A DNA stretch of 32,000 nt, taken from the sequence record NC_006268.1; one strand, given 5' to 3'. This DNA comes from Sulfolobus virus STSV1. The first letter of the stretch is position 1. The number at the start of each line of letters is the position of its first letter. This document shows positions 9,486-17,975 of the stretch, piece after piece. The notes under the pieces were generated by a model. The model was not told the DNA's origin. It saw only the letters and a program-made list of their open reading frames with translations, and did no database searches. Made by a program: the position numbers and the translations under genes.

Positions 9486-10328
9486 CTACAAGTGGAGTGA
9501 TATGACGTGATTATTAGCTAACACTAAAATCATTATGAATGCAATTATACCTAACACTAAAAGCATTAGCAGGAAGTTCCATTTTTGTGAAGATTGCATC
9601 AATCTTAGTTTTTCAATCCTTTGTGCCATTTTCGACCATTCTCTAATATCATTTCCAATAGCGACCAATGCCCTAGTCATCGCTGTTGTTGCATCTACAG
9701 GGAAGGATAACATTTCATCTGTTAGAACAGTTTTAGGATCAACAGTGAATGCGAAAGCATAATTATTTGCAATTGGAATGTAACCAGTTATTTCCTTATT
9801 TGTTGTAATTATATCAACTATAACATCAAGGATAGTCTTTTTCCCAGTGGCAGCCCTAAGAACATCTAACTTTGCAATAGTGCCAAAATCAAATGCGGAA
9901 AACATAGGTATATCACCAACAGCGAAATAAACTGGCTTATTGTAGTCCTTCACACCAAACCTATAAGGCCTAGCATATGGATTAACGAGAATTAAGTATA
10001 ACGCACCATTTTCTGTGGCATGAAGAATACCTTGTCTAACATATCTCGCCGGCAAAACCTTTAATTCGTCAAGCTTAGAATTGATTAAAACAACAATAGC
10101 ATCAGCGTTTTTATGGCTAACTGAAAGGTAAGGTATTTTGTTTCTAGAACGAGAGATAATAGCAACAATAAAAGCAATTGCGAGAATTGCAACAAGAGCT
10201 ATTAGTAACACATCCACCAGGCTAGCAAAAAACGACGGTGCTTGAATAGAAATCTGAGGACTTGTTGATACTGATGATGGAGCTACAGTGTGGGATGTAG
10301 AAGGTGGTGGAGTAGGAGAGGCTGTCAT
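9486..10328 (-). CDS. Membrane-anchored protein with N- and C-terminal TM helices (280 aa)
   Basis: Pro/Ser/Thr-rich N-terminus, TM VDVLLIALVAILAIAFIVAII and C-terminal TM NFLLMLLVLGIIAFIMILVL; directly upstream of the AAA+ gene. Confidence 0.75.
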   Translation of the reverse strand: MTASPTPPPSTSHTVAPSSVSTSPQISIQAPSFFASLVDVLLIALVAILAIAFIVAIISRSRNKIPYLSVSHKNADAIVVLINSKLDELKVLPARYVRQGILHATENGALYLILVNPYARPYRFGVKDYNKPVYFAVGDIPMFSAFDFGTIAKLDVLRAATGKKTILDVIVDIITTNKEITGYIPIANNYAFAFTVDPKTVLTDEMLSFPVDATTAMTRALVAIGNDIREWSKMAQRIEKLRLMQSSQKWNFLLMLLVLGIIAFIMILVLANNHVISLHL

Positions 10329-10360
10329 CTCGTATATATTTTTAAACTACTTATATTTAA

Positions 10361-10485
10361 CCTTGTCACCCCACAGTTAGGAGGGGATGTTGAGCCTCAA
10401 CCTTACGGTTCACTGTGACAACTTGCCACTCTACGTAAGGGTCATGGGCCCCCTTCGAGCCCCAAGGCATGAGGCTCACATCTAA
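10361..10485 (-). ncRNA. Candidate structured noncoding RNA or structured 5' leader
   Basis: Local GC is 57/100 over 10381-10480 in an AT-rich genome. Outer 12-bp stem with one bulge (10386-10398 / 10471-10482) encloses two hairpins: 10401-10407/10434-10440 (CCTTACG/CGTAAGG) with inner 10415-10419/10425-10429, and 10446-10451/10457-10462 flanked by CATG/CATG. TATA-like TTTATTAA lies at 10516-10523 on the minus strand. Confidence 0.6.
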
Positions 10486-10515
10486 GTGTTATCAATATAG
10501 ACATAGTTGTAAAAA

Positions 10516-10523
10516 TTAATAAA
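10516..10523 (-). promoter_or_regulatory. Possible TATA box for the structured RNA
   Basis: Minus strand reads AAAGTTTATTAATTTT. About 26 nt downstream falls near 10494, just before the outer stem at 10482. Confidence 0.35.
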
Positions 10524-10564
10524 CTTTACTTTTTCACATCGTAAGCTAGGTATGAGTGAAACCC

Positions 10565-10612
10565 TTCTCCAAAACTGGAGAATTGTAATTACAGTTCTGC
10601 AAATTTGGTAAA
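10565..10612. promoter_or_regulatory. 48-bp composite dyad element, copy 1 (degenerate)
   Basis: TTCTCCAAAACTGGAGAA-TTGTAATTACAG-TTCTGCAAATTTGGTAAA, the same 18-12-18 layout as three other sites. Confidence 0.65.
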
Positions 10613-10633
10613 AAAACAGTTAAAATAAATCTT

Positions 10634-10882
10634 CTAGAATTCTGCATAATTCTTTTCCCTAATCTGTCTCATGACCTCATTATACACTATACGGAATAAT
10701 CGTTTCATCTCCTCAGCTGACATCTTTAATATCTCCGCTGCACTCAGCTGATCTGCGATATATGTCTTTATGATATTATGTAACATAGGTTCAATGTCCT
10801 TTCTTTCAATGACTAAGAGCGTATTACAACACACTATCTCACAAAGCACATCGTCACATTCGACCTTAAACATTGTTCTCAT
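10634..10882 (-). CDS. Uncharacterised small protein (82 aa)
   Basis: Cys-containing N-terminus (CDDVLCEIVCC) and a charged helical C-terminus; divergent from the giant surface-protein gene. Confidence 0.55.
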   Translation of the reverse strand: MRTMFKVECDDVLCEIVCCNTLLVIERKDIEPMLHNIIKTYIADQLSAAEILKMSAEEMKRLFRIVYNEVMRQIREKNYAEF

Positions 10883-10961
10883 GTGGTAAGAAAAGAAAAG
10901 AAAATATAAAAAGACTCGCTAAGTATAAGTCTTTAAAACTCCAACATCCTATTTATAAAAT

Positions 10962-13900
10962 ATGAAGAGTGGTAAGTTAATAATCCGTCTTCTCCTCCTT
11001 AATTTACTCCTAACTAGCATCATATTAGTTGCGACAGGAATAAAAGCAGATTCAGGCGTCTCAGCACAGCCAATTGGGCAAGCAACAGTGTATACAGCAC
11101 CTTACACATCAACAAGCTTTGTACTTAACACCACAGTAAATCCAATAAACCCAATAGCAAGTAACATAAGACTATTCAAATACCCAAACCTAACTGGGCC
11201 AATACAAGCTTTCGTATCACAAGGCTGGTCACCTATATCATCTGGATCATACCCATCGTCAAGAGTGATAAAAGTAGTACCGGGAAGCGGAGTTAGTGGT
11301 GTGTACCCAGATTACTTGTTTAATGGATCGATGTTCAGAGTAGGAAGTGTAGTAGAATCAACTGATTGGGGTACATCACCTAAACCTTATTATCAAGGGA
11401 ATTTATTAGTGATAAATACAACTGCCGTTTCAGCATGGGGACAGTATATAGCGTGGTATTTTGTACCACCTACAACAACACTAAACGTTACGATACATGT
11501 AGTATCATATCCAAGCCGTAATGGTAATCCAGGAATTGTAATTTATAGTCCAAATGTAGGGAATCAAACATATGATGGTGCTAGTGGATTTTATGTGCTT
11601 CTTGTTGACTTTTATAATTCTGGAATATTCTATCATGGACCATCTACTGGTTACACTGAATTATATGGTTCATTACCGCAGCCAAACCCAAATTATCCTT
11701 TTACCTTCACCGTAATCTTCACGGAGAATAGTGCTGGAAACGTGACAGTTGCTGAAGTGGGAATAAACGGAACATACACGACTATAAACGTTAATACACC
11801 ATTCCCTTGGTCTCAAATAGGATATATAGGAATACGAGGAGATATTAATGATTTATTATACACCTCTTACTTCGCAGCATCAAGTGGTTCAGTATTTGCG
11901 CAATTCGTCCCAACACCTTCCATAGGTGAAGCAGTTAAATCATTGTCTTTAGTAGAATCAGTTACTTGGTTTACATCGCCTAAACCATATTATCAAGGGA
12001 ATTTGCTAGTGATAAATTCGACTACTGCAGGATCTGGACAATATATAGCGTGGTCTTTTATACCTTCAACTACAACGCTAAACGTTACGATACATGTGAC
12101 TTCATTCCCAGATCATAATAATAACCCAGGCATTGTAATCTATAGCCCAAATATAGGAAATACATCAGATGTTTATACTGGTTTTTATGCACTTGATGTT
12201 GATTTTTATGGAAATACAATATGGTATCATGGACCATCTACTACATTTACGACATTATACACTTCACTGCCACAGCCCAATCCAAATTATCCATTTACGT
12301 TCACGGTAATCTTTACGGAGAATAGTGCGGGAAATGTTACAGTATCGGAAATAGGCATAAACGGAACGTACACAACGATAAACGTAAATACACCATTTCC
12401 ATGGACAGAAATTGGTTATGTAGGAATAAGAGGAGATACTGGTAATTTATTCTACGTTTCCTATTTCGCAGCATCTAGCAGCCCAGAATTTGCGCAATTT
12501 GTTCCACCGCGAGAACTACAATATCCGCCTTTCGTAGAGTCAGGATATTGGGGTTTATCCTCTAAAGTATATTACCAAGGAAATTTGTTAGTATTGAATT
12601 CAACTAATTATAACCAGTATATAGCATGGGCTTTTACACCTCCTACTACAACGCTAAACGTTACGATACATGTAGTATCATATCCAGTCCGTGGTGTTCA
12701 GATCACAGGTATTGCGCTTTTTAGCCCAAATCTAGGATATAGACTACAAGATGATATCCTGGGACCTAGTGGATTTTACATGCTTCTTGTTAGTTTTTAT
12801 AGTGGTCTCATAGTTGGTCATGGACTATCTCCTAGCTCAGTCTGGCAAACTTTCTCTACTTCAATACCGCAACCTAATCTAAACTATCCGTTTACTTTCT
12901 CTGTGATCTTTACGGAGAATAGTGCGGGTAATGTTACAGTATCAGAAATAGGGATAAATGGCACGTACACGACAGTCAATGTTGCTACAACATTTCCTTG
13001 GTCACAGATTGGTTATGTAGCAATAAGAGGAAATTATATGGATTTATTCTATGTTTCCTACTTCGCAGCATCAAGCGATCAACCAGGCACTTATCCAGTT
13101 GTCTTTGTCCCATCATATACGGTTAACGCTAATCCTTTCCCAATCTTCCGTTTCCCATCTACTATCACTCAAGCTTACCTAGTGTATAATAATAACAGCG
13201 TGTTCTTGTCAGCAGTAGATGCTGGTGGCCAATTCTTCTTGAATATCCCATTAAAAATGCAATGGGAGCCATTCACCTACTTTGGCCTAAGCGCATATCA
13301 GCTTCTAACTGTTGTTAATGCGCCAACTACTGGTTACCTTGCCGCTTTCCCATATCCTTTGACATATAATTACTTCACTTCGCCTGGGCCTTTCACTTCT
13401 GTCCCATCAACTGTAATAACTCCAACGTTTAGTAAAACAGTGTACCCATTAACTAACGTTTCAATACAACAGCTGACATTATTCACCTCTGCTGGTAGTG
13501 TTACGACTTCAACGCAAGCTTACGTTTTGCCCAACATAGGAGCGTGGACTTATGCTTCAGTACCATACCCAACTTCAGTGAGTGTAATAGTGAATAATAC
13601 TGTGCAAAAGCTTAGTGTGAGTGGGGCGTCTGTAACTGTCACAGCATCATATTCAACAACAGTGATAGCCCCAGACAATCTAATACCCCCACCAAATGCA
13701 CAAGTAAGTGTATACAATGGTACTTTTAACAAAATAGTTATATCTTCAACGTCAACCTTCACATTCAGTACGCAGATAGTACAATCTGGATTGCCAACGT
13801 TTGGGCTGGTCTTGCCAGTGTGGTATTATGTTTCACTAGGAACTGGAACGATAGGTGTGTCATTAGTACAAGTGCCTATGATATTGGGTAATAAACTATT

Positions 13901-15611
13901 TGCATTCTTGCCAGAAGTTGTGTCAACTTATTGGGGTTCATCACCTAAGCCGTATTATGAGGGGAATTTGCTAGTGATGAATGGATCTAATGCGGCAGCA
14001 CCTGGGCAATATATAGCGTGGTCTTTTATGCCATCTACTACGACGCTAAACGTTACGATACACGTAGTATCATTCCCTGAACGAGCTAGCCAGCCAGGCA
14101 TTACAATTTATAGCCCAAATGTAGGAAACCAAAGCTCTGATAATGACATTGTTGGTTTTTATGAGATTCTTGTTGATTTTTATGATAATACGTTATGGTA
14201 TCATGGACCATCTACTAACTGGCAATCGTTATACACTTCATTACCACAGCCTAACCCAAACTATCCGTTCACTTTCAGTGTGATCTTCACGGAAAACGGC
14301 GCTGGTAACATAACGCTTTCAGAAGTGGGAATAAACGGAACGTACACAACGATTAACGTTAATACACCATTCCCATGGACAGAGATTGGGTATGTAGGAA
14401 TAAGAGTAGATTGGGATAATATATTCTACGTTTCCTATTTCGCAGCATCTAGTGGCCCAACTTCCATCACTTTCGTTTCTCCATCCTACATCTTCTTAAA
14501 CAGTTGGGCATCTTCTTACGTTGTTCCTAGCTATCTTAACACGCCCTACGCTTTGTCTTACTCTGTATCACAAACTAGCGCTCAAGTTGGTCAATACACT
14601 CTCACTCAAGGTTTGAACTACGTTTCCTATTCGTTTACGCCGGGTTATGTTGCTACTGCTATATTATACTATAACTCTACTCCAGTCCTAGCAAATCTAC
14701 TATCACCCTACATTTCTTACAAGTTCTCTTCACTAACTCTATCGTTCTCTACTGCAACAGCTGCAATGTTTTCCAACTTCCCTATCCCAGCTCCTCAGCT
14801 ACTAAGTAGTTATATTCCAACTGGTTCTGTCCTTTATCAAGACCCTATTACATACTACATTTCTCCAACTACAGTTACAATGTATAATACTACAGTAGCA
14901 ACTAGTTTGCAAAGTTCTAACGCTAGTTCTAGCAGCGCGGCAACAACTACTACTCCACCGCCTTCATCATCTACAACTTCTACAGCGCAATCTATTTCCC
15001 CTGGCCAAATGCAGATAGTCTATAATGGTACAACTACGATAAGGATAAACTTTGTTACTTTCCCATCAGTGTCAGTGCCTAAGATTGGCCAAATTGTGGC
15101 TATGCCTATTGTTAATTCATCTGGCGCTTTTCTATACCTCTACAACTACAATCAATCTGCTAACTTCAATGTGACTGTCTCCTATGTGTTCAGTAATGGT
15201 ACTGTGGTGACGAGAACTGACCCTGTAAATTCAATAGTTCCTTTACCAACTATTACTTCGCCAGTTGAGGTTAGAATAACTGTAGAAAACGAGTCTACTA
15301 CTTTTAATATAACACCAGTCCAATTGGGCAGTGCGCAGTTAGCAGTACAGATGTACAATACGATTTCAAATAGCTTGCCTGGGCCTTTTGCCTTCTTCGG
15401 TCCTATCCTGGCTAACGTGATTTTCTTAATATTTGCCCTATCAGCGATGCTGAGGAATGATTTGAAATTAGTTGGAATGGGTGGGATTGTGTATGGCGTG
15501 TTTATAGCCCCAGGCTTGCTAGACTTAGGCTTCCCAGCGTTTATTGTATTCCCAAGTGCAATAGTAGCAGTTGCTGTAGGGCTTTTTGCATTATGGATGT
15601 CAAAAAGTTAA
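10962..15611 (+). CDS. Very large secreted, membrane-anchored surface protein with four copies of a ~180-aa beta-rich domain (1549 aa)
   Basis: Signal-like N-terminus LLLLNLLLTSIILVATG; repeated block W(G)tSPKpYYqGNLLVinsT...WSFiPsTTTLNVTIHVvSfP...SPNvGnq...FTENsAGNvTvsEvGINGTYTTINVnTpFPW..IGYvgIRgd...YVSYFAASS; Ser/Thr/Pro linker; C-terminal TM helices. Confidence 0.9.
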   Translation: MKSGKLIIRLLLLNLLLTSIILVATGIKADSGVSAQPIGQATVYTAPYTSTSFVLNTTVNPINPIASNIRLFKYPNLTGPIQAFVSQGWSPISSGSYPSSRVIKVVPGSGVSGVYPDYLFNGSMFRVGSVVESTDWGTSPKPYYQGNLLVINTTAVSAWGQYIAWYFVPPTTTLNVTIHVVSYPSRNGNPGIVIYSPNVGNQTYDGASGFYVLLVDFYNSGIFYHGPSTGYTELYGSLPQPNPNYPFTFTVIFTENSAGNVTVAEVGINGTYTTINVNTPFPWSQIGYIGIRGDINDLLYTSYFAASSGSVFAQFVPTPSIGEAVKSLSLVESVTWFTSPKPYYQGNLLVINSTTAGSGQYIAWSFIPSTTTLNVTIHVTSFPDHNNNPGIVIYSPNIGNTSDVYTGFYALDVDFYGNTIWYHGPSTTFTTLYTSLPQPNPNYPFTFTVIFTENSAGNVTVSEIGINGTYTTINVNTPFPWTEIGYVGIRGDTGNLFYVSYFAASSSPEFAQFVPPRELQYPPFVESGYWGLSSKVYYQGNLLVLNSTNYNQYIAWAFTPPTTTLNVTIHVVSYPVRGVQITGIALFSPNLGYRLQDDILGPSGFYMLLVSFYSGLIVGHGLSPSSVWQTFSTSIPQPNLNYPFTFSVIFTENSAGNVTVSEIGINGTYTTVNVATTFPWSQIGYVAIRGNYMDLFYVSYFAASSDQPGTYPVVFVPSYTVNANPFPIFRFPSTITQAYLVYNNNSVFLSAVDAGGQFFLNIPLKMQWEPFTYFGLSAYQLLTVVNAPTTGYLAAFPYPLTYNYFTSPGPFTSVPSTVITPTFSKTVYPLTNVSIQQLTLFTSAGSVTTSTQAYVLPNIGAWTYASVPYPTSVSVIVNNTVQKLSVSGASVTVTASYSTTVIAPDNLIPPPNAQVSVYNGTFNKIVISSTSTFTFSTQIVQSGLPTFGLVLPVWYYVSLGTGTIGVSLVQVPMILGNKLFAFLPEVVSTYWGSSPKPYYEGNLLVMNGSNAAAPGQYIAWSFMPSTTTLNVTIHVVSFPERASQPGITIYSPNVGNQSSDNDIVGFYEILVDFYDNTLWYHGPSTNWQSLYTSLPQPNPNYPFTFSVIFTENGAGNITLSEVGINGTYTTINVNTPFPWTEIGYVGIRVDWDNIFYVSYFAASSGPTSITFVSPSYIFLNSWASSYVVPSYLNTPYALSYSVSQTSAQVGQYTLTQGLNYVSYSFTPGYVATAILYYNSTPVLANLLSPYISYKFSSLTLSFSTATAAMFSNFPIPAPQLLSSYIPTGSVLYQDPITYYISPTTVTMYNTTVATSLQSSNASSSSAATTTTPPPSSSTTSTAQSISPGQMQIVYNGTTTIRINFVTFPSVSVPKIGQIVAMPIVNSSGAFLYLYNYNQSANFNVTVSYVFSNGTVVTRTDPVNSIVPLPTITSPVEVRITVENESTTFNITPVQLGSAQLAVQMYNTISNSLPGPFAFFGPILANVIFLIFALSAMLRNDLKLVGMGGIVYGVFIAPGLLDLGFPAFIVFPSAIVAVAVGLFALWMSKS
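11352..11889 (+). repeat. Domain repeat 1 of the 1549-aa protein (boundaries approximate)
   Basis: Starts SVVESTDWGTSPKPYYQGNLLVINTT, ends SYFAASSG. Confidence 0.85.
11952..12483 (+). repeat. Domain repeat 2 of the 1549-aa protein (boundaries approximate)
   Basis: Starts VESVTWFTSPKPYYQGNLLVINST, ends SYFAASSS. Confidence 0.85.
12534..13076 (+). repeat. Domain repeat 3 of the 1549-aa protein (boundaries approximate)
   Basis: Starts VESGYWGLSSKVYYQGNLLVLNST, ends SYFAASSD. Confidence 0.85.
13918..14457 (+). repeat. Domain repeat 4 of the 1549-aa protein (boundaries approximate)
   Basis: Starts VVSTYWGSSPKPYYEGNLLVMNGS, ends SYFAASSG; separated from repeat 3 by ~840 bp of unrelated coding sequence. 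Confidence 0.85.
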
Positions 15612-15620
15612 TTTTTTTAT

Positions 15621-15971
15621 TTATTGTGAAGAAGTTTGAGAAGATTTTTCAATTACTTCTTTGTAAAAAATTTCTAGCCACTTGTCTATATAAAGTGCTA
15701 TAGCTGTTCTTATGATCACAGCAGGCGTAACGTTTCTCCTCTTTGCTAGTTCTTCTATTGCTTCGACCAGATTACGATCTAATTTCATTACCTTTATATG
15801 CCTTTTTCCTGGCTTAATGTAATACTTATCAATTGGGTTTTGTAAATATTCGACTAATGCCTCATTTATTAGCTGTGCTTGATCTTTTTTGAGAAAGTTT
15901 GACACTTTTTGAAGACTGTCAAATAGGTAGTTGTCCAGAGGGAATCTAACTTTAATCTTCTGCCCTGCCAT
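15621..15971 (-). CDS. Regulator with two tandem ribbon-helix-helix (RHH)-like motifs (116 aa)
   Basis: IKVRFPLDNYLFDSLQKVSNFLKKDQAQLINEALVEYL and HIKVMKLDRNLVEAIEELAKRRNVTPAVIIRTAIALYID each match the RHH pattern. Confidence 0.75.
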   Translation of the reverse strand: MAGQKIKVRFPLDNYLFDSLQKVSNFLKKDQAQLINEALVEYLQNPIDKYYIKPGKRHIKVMKLDRNLVEAIEELAKRRNVTPAVIIRTAIALYIDKWLEIFYKEVIEKSSQTSSQ

Positions 15972-16023
15972 ACGTTTTTGCTCTTCATAATACTATTTAA
16001 AGCTTTCTTACCTAAAGAAGATA

Positions 16024-16575
16024 CTACGAATTTGCGATACGGGCTAAGTAATCTTCCGCCTCCTTCGTTTGAACATAAGTCAGAATGTGGCGCAAGCTCT
16101 TATGGCCAGTTATTTTTGCAACTACTTCAGCTGGTAATCCATCTTTTATTGCTTTTGTTATAAAAGCATAACGGAAAGAGTGCGTATTTACGCCATAGCG
16201 CCTTTTGCAAAACATCTTCACTGCTGCGATCATTTTCCTTTCACTTTTTGTAAGTATGATGGAATAGTACTTTTTGTAAGTGATTATTTTGGGGATGATG
16301 ATTTTTCTTTCATTCCCGCCTTTTTCAGCCTTTAAAATGATTGTTCTTTCTTTGCCACCAACTTCTACAAATTGGTAGAAAGCCTTAACTGCTTCGCCTA
16401 TTCGTGTACCATTTAAAAGCTGTGTAAGTAAAATTGCAACGTAAATCTCTTTATCAAAATCCTCAGTGGAGTTTTGTGAGAATTGCTTATAGTCTTTTTC
16501 TAAGGTTTTTCTCATCTTGTCAAAGTCAACTCCCTTGTCCCACTTGAATATTGTCTTCCCTTCTTCTATTGCCAC
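16024..16575 (-). CDS. Tyrosine recombinase/integrase, catalytic domain only (183 aa; apparent GTG start)
   Basis: Catalytic residues in NGTRIGEA (R), NTHSFRYAFITKA (HxxR), GHKS (H) and ILTYVQT (Y). Confidence 0.8.
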   Translation of the reverse strand: MAIEEGKTIFKWDKGVDFDKMRKTLEKDYKQFSQNSTEDFDKEIYVAILLTQLLNGTRIGEAVKAFYQFVEVGGKERTIILKAEKGGNERKIIIPKIITYKKYYSIILTKSERKMIAAVKMFCKRRYGVNTHSFRYAFITKAIKDGLPAEVVAKITGHKSLRHILTYVQTKEAEDYLARIANS

Positions 16576-16610
16576 ACTATCATTTTAGATTAAGCAGTTA
16601 AAAATGTTCT

Positions 16611-16628
16611 TTCTGTAAAATTGTAGAA
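16611..16628. promoter_or_regulatory. 18-bp dyad motif, single copy (TTCTGTAAAATTGTAGAA)
   Basis: 36 bp upstream of the integrase start, in the divergent spacer. Confidence 0.65.
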
Positions 16629-16719
16629 GCAAAGGGCAGTGAAAGACGTAAAAAGTGAGGGGTTCACAACGTTACTGATTATAGAAAGTTTTAAATACCA
16701 GAAAAACAGACCCTAACAT

Positions 16720-17076
16720 ATGAGAGTCATTTGTAGAGCTTGTGGTGAACCGGGAACCCTATACATCAAGAAGGTAGGAGAAAGGAAATATAAATATGTA
16801 AAGCACTATAAGAAAAAATCATGTTACTTAGGACCAGTAGAGGGATATGAGTATGTTAATGGAAATTATGAAAAAATTGGTTTAAACCTAGACTTAAGAG
16901 GTGTGGACGAATTTGATCCAATTTCATCAATGTTGAGATTACTTGATTCACTTGAAGAAAAGTACAAAACGACAAAAGACTTGAAACTGAAGGCAGATCT
17001 AAGGATGATAAGGGACAGGATAGACAAGATACTAGAGGAAAGCGATACTCAGGATGGCCAAGATGGAAAGCAGTAA
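16720..17076 (+). CDS. Small protein with N-terminal zinc-ribbon-like Cys motif (118 aa)
   Basis: MRVICRACGEPGTLYIKKVGERKYKYVKHYKKKSC: C-x2-C...H...C spacing, then a charged helical C-terminus. Confidence 0.65.
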   Translation: MRVICRACGEPGTLYIKKVGERKYKYVKHYKKKSCYLGPVEGYEYVNGNYEKIGLNLDLRGVDEFDPISSMLRLLDSLEEKYKTTKDLKLKADLRMIRDRIDKILEESDTQDGQDGKQ

Positions 17077-17140
17077 CAAAAACCAGTAGAAATAACTGTG
17101 CAACATCTTTAAATTATCTTTCTTTTTCTTTTATCTATAT

Positions 17141-17569
17141 ATGTATAATGAAGTTTTGCTTAGGTTTGTTGAAGATCTCGGCGATGCGCTTGACATGTAC
17201 GATATAAGCGCGCGCAAAATAGCTCCTCACATTGGGCCTTTTGTCTTGAATGAACTGAAAAGAACGATAAGAGAGTATCTGAACACAACTGATATCATAA
17301 ATTATGTTGATTTAAGACAACTCAACGAGGCGAAAAATGCTAAAGCGCTGCTGATGGCCTTTATACAAGTTTTGGATGTTGGTTTGGCGAGAAGCTACCA
17401 ATTTGCTGGTTTTGGTTATCAAACTACACTTGCTAGAATGCAAGCAATTATGACAATAATAAAAAATGTTGTGCTTGAAGTTGCGAGAGATTTGGGGCTT
17501 CCAGAGATTGAAGAAAAATTAACTGCCCTAGAAAAGATGCAGTCACAGGGTGGCAGTACAACTGCCTAG
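17141..17569 (-). CDS. Uncharacterised alpha-helical protein (142 aa), possible structural protein
   Basis: Helical, 4-bp overlap with the upstream TM protein gene. Confidence 0.65.
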
Positions 17570-17904
17570 CCTATTCTCTTTATAAATCTAGCGAGCAGTA
17601 TGATAGCACTTATCCCCATGAAGACAATATATATTGCGTTAAGCGTATCTGCATATCCTACTGTTACGTAAACTGTTGAATTCGTTGCGGAAGTTGTCAC
17701 ATTAACGCCAGGCGTTGAAAGGATATATTGAGTTGAAGAAAGGTACAAAATTGTGGCGTAGATCATGGCCAATATTACTAAAACATCGTTACGATAACTA
17801 CCGCTAAAGCGATAAAGCATGAAGCCAATAATTGCTATCATGACGCTAACTATAACAATAAATATTACGTATTGTGTAAGTGTTGGGAGGACTACATAAC
17901 CCAT
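17566..17904 (-). CDS. Small membrane protein with three predicted TM helices (112 aa)
   Basis: Hydrophobic YVIFIVIVSVMIAIIGFML, VLVILAMIYATILYL and ALNAIYIVFMGISAIILLA-like segments; extracytoplasmic loop with NVT and NST. Confidence 0.7.
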   Translation of the reverse strand: MGYVVLPTLTQYVIFIVIVSVMIAIIGFMLYRFSGSYRNDVLVILAMIYATILYLSSTQYILSTPGVNVTTSATNSTVYVTVGYADTLNAIYIVFMGISAIILLARFIKRIG

Positions 17905-17975
17905 TTTTGCTCCCTATATAGTCGTTTTTATTTTGGCAGGAAAAAAGCTTAAATGAAATGAAAAAACAAATAAGC

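Noticed and set aside
7827-9762. Plus-strand ORFs 7827-8105, 8397-8642, 8829-9089 and 9535-9762
   Set aside because: Antisense to the AAA+ ATPase and membrane protein genes, which have strong motif or TM support.
10381-10485. tRNA interpretation of the GC-rich structured element
   Set aside because: No canonical cloverleaf: there is no 7-bp acceptor stem with a properly spaced TTCRANY T-loop and anticodon arm. The fold is dominated by a long outer stem with two hairpins.
13550-13762. Minus-strand 70-aa ORF
   Set aside because: Antisense to the 1549-aa repeat protein; no independent evidence.
11352-14457. Mobile element insertion as the explanation for the repeats in the 1549-aa gene
   Set aside because: Repeats are in frame, diverged and match protein-domain boundaries; no terminal inverted repeats or transposase. 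Intragenic domain duplication is simpler.
15978-16163. Plus-strand 61-aa ORF ending in a Leu-rich tract
   Set aside because: Mostly antisense to the integrase catalytic domain; the Leu tract is the complement of integrase coding sequence.
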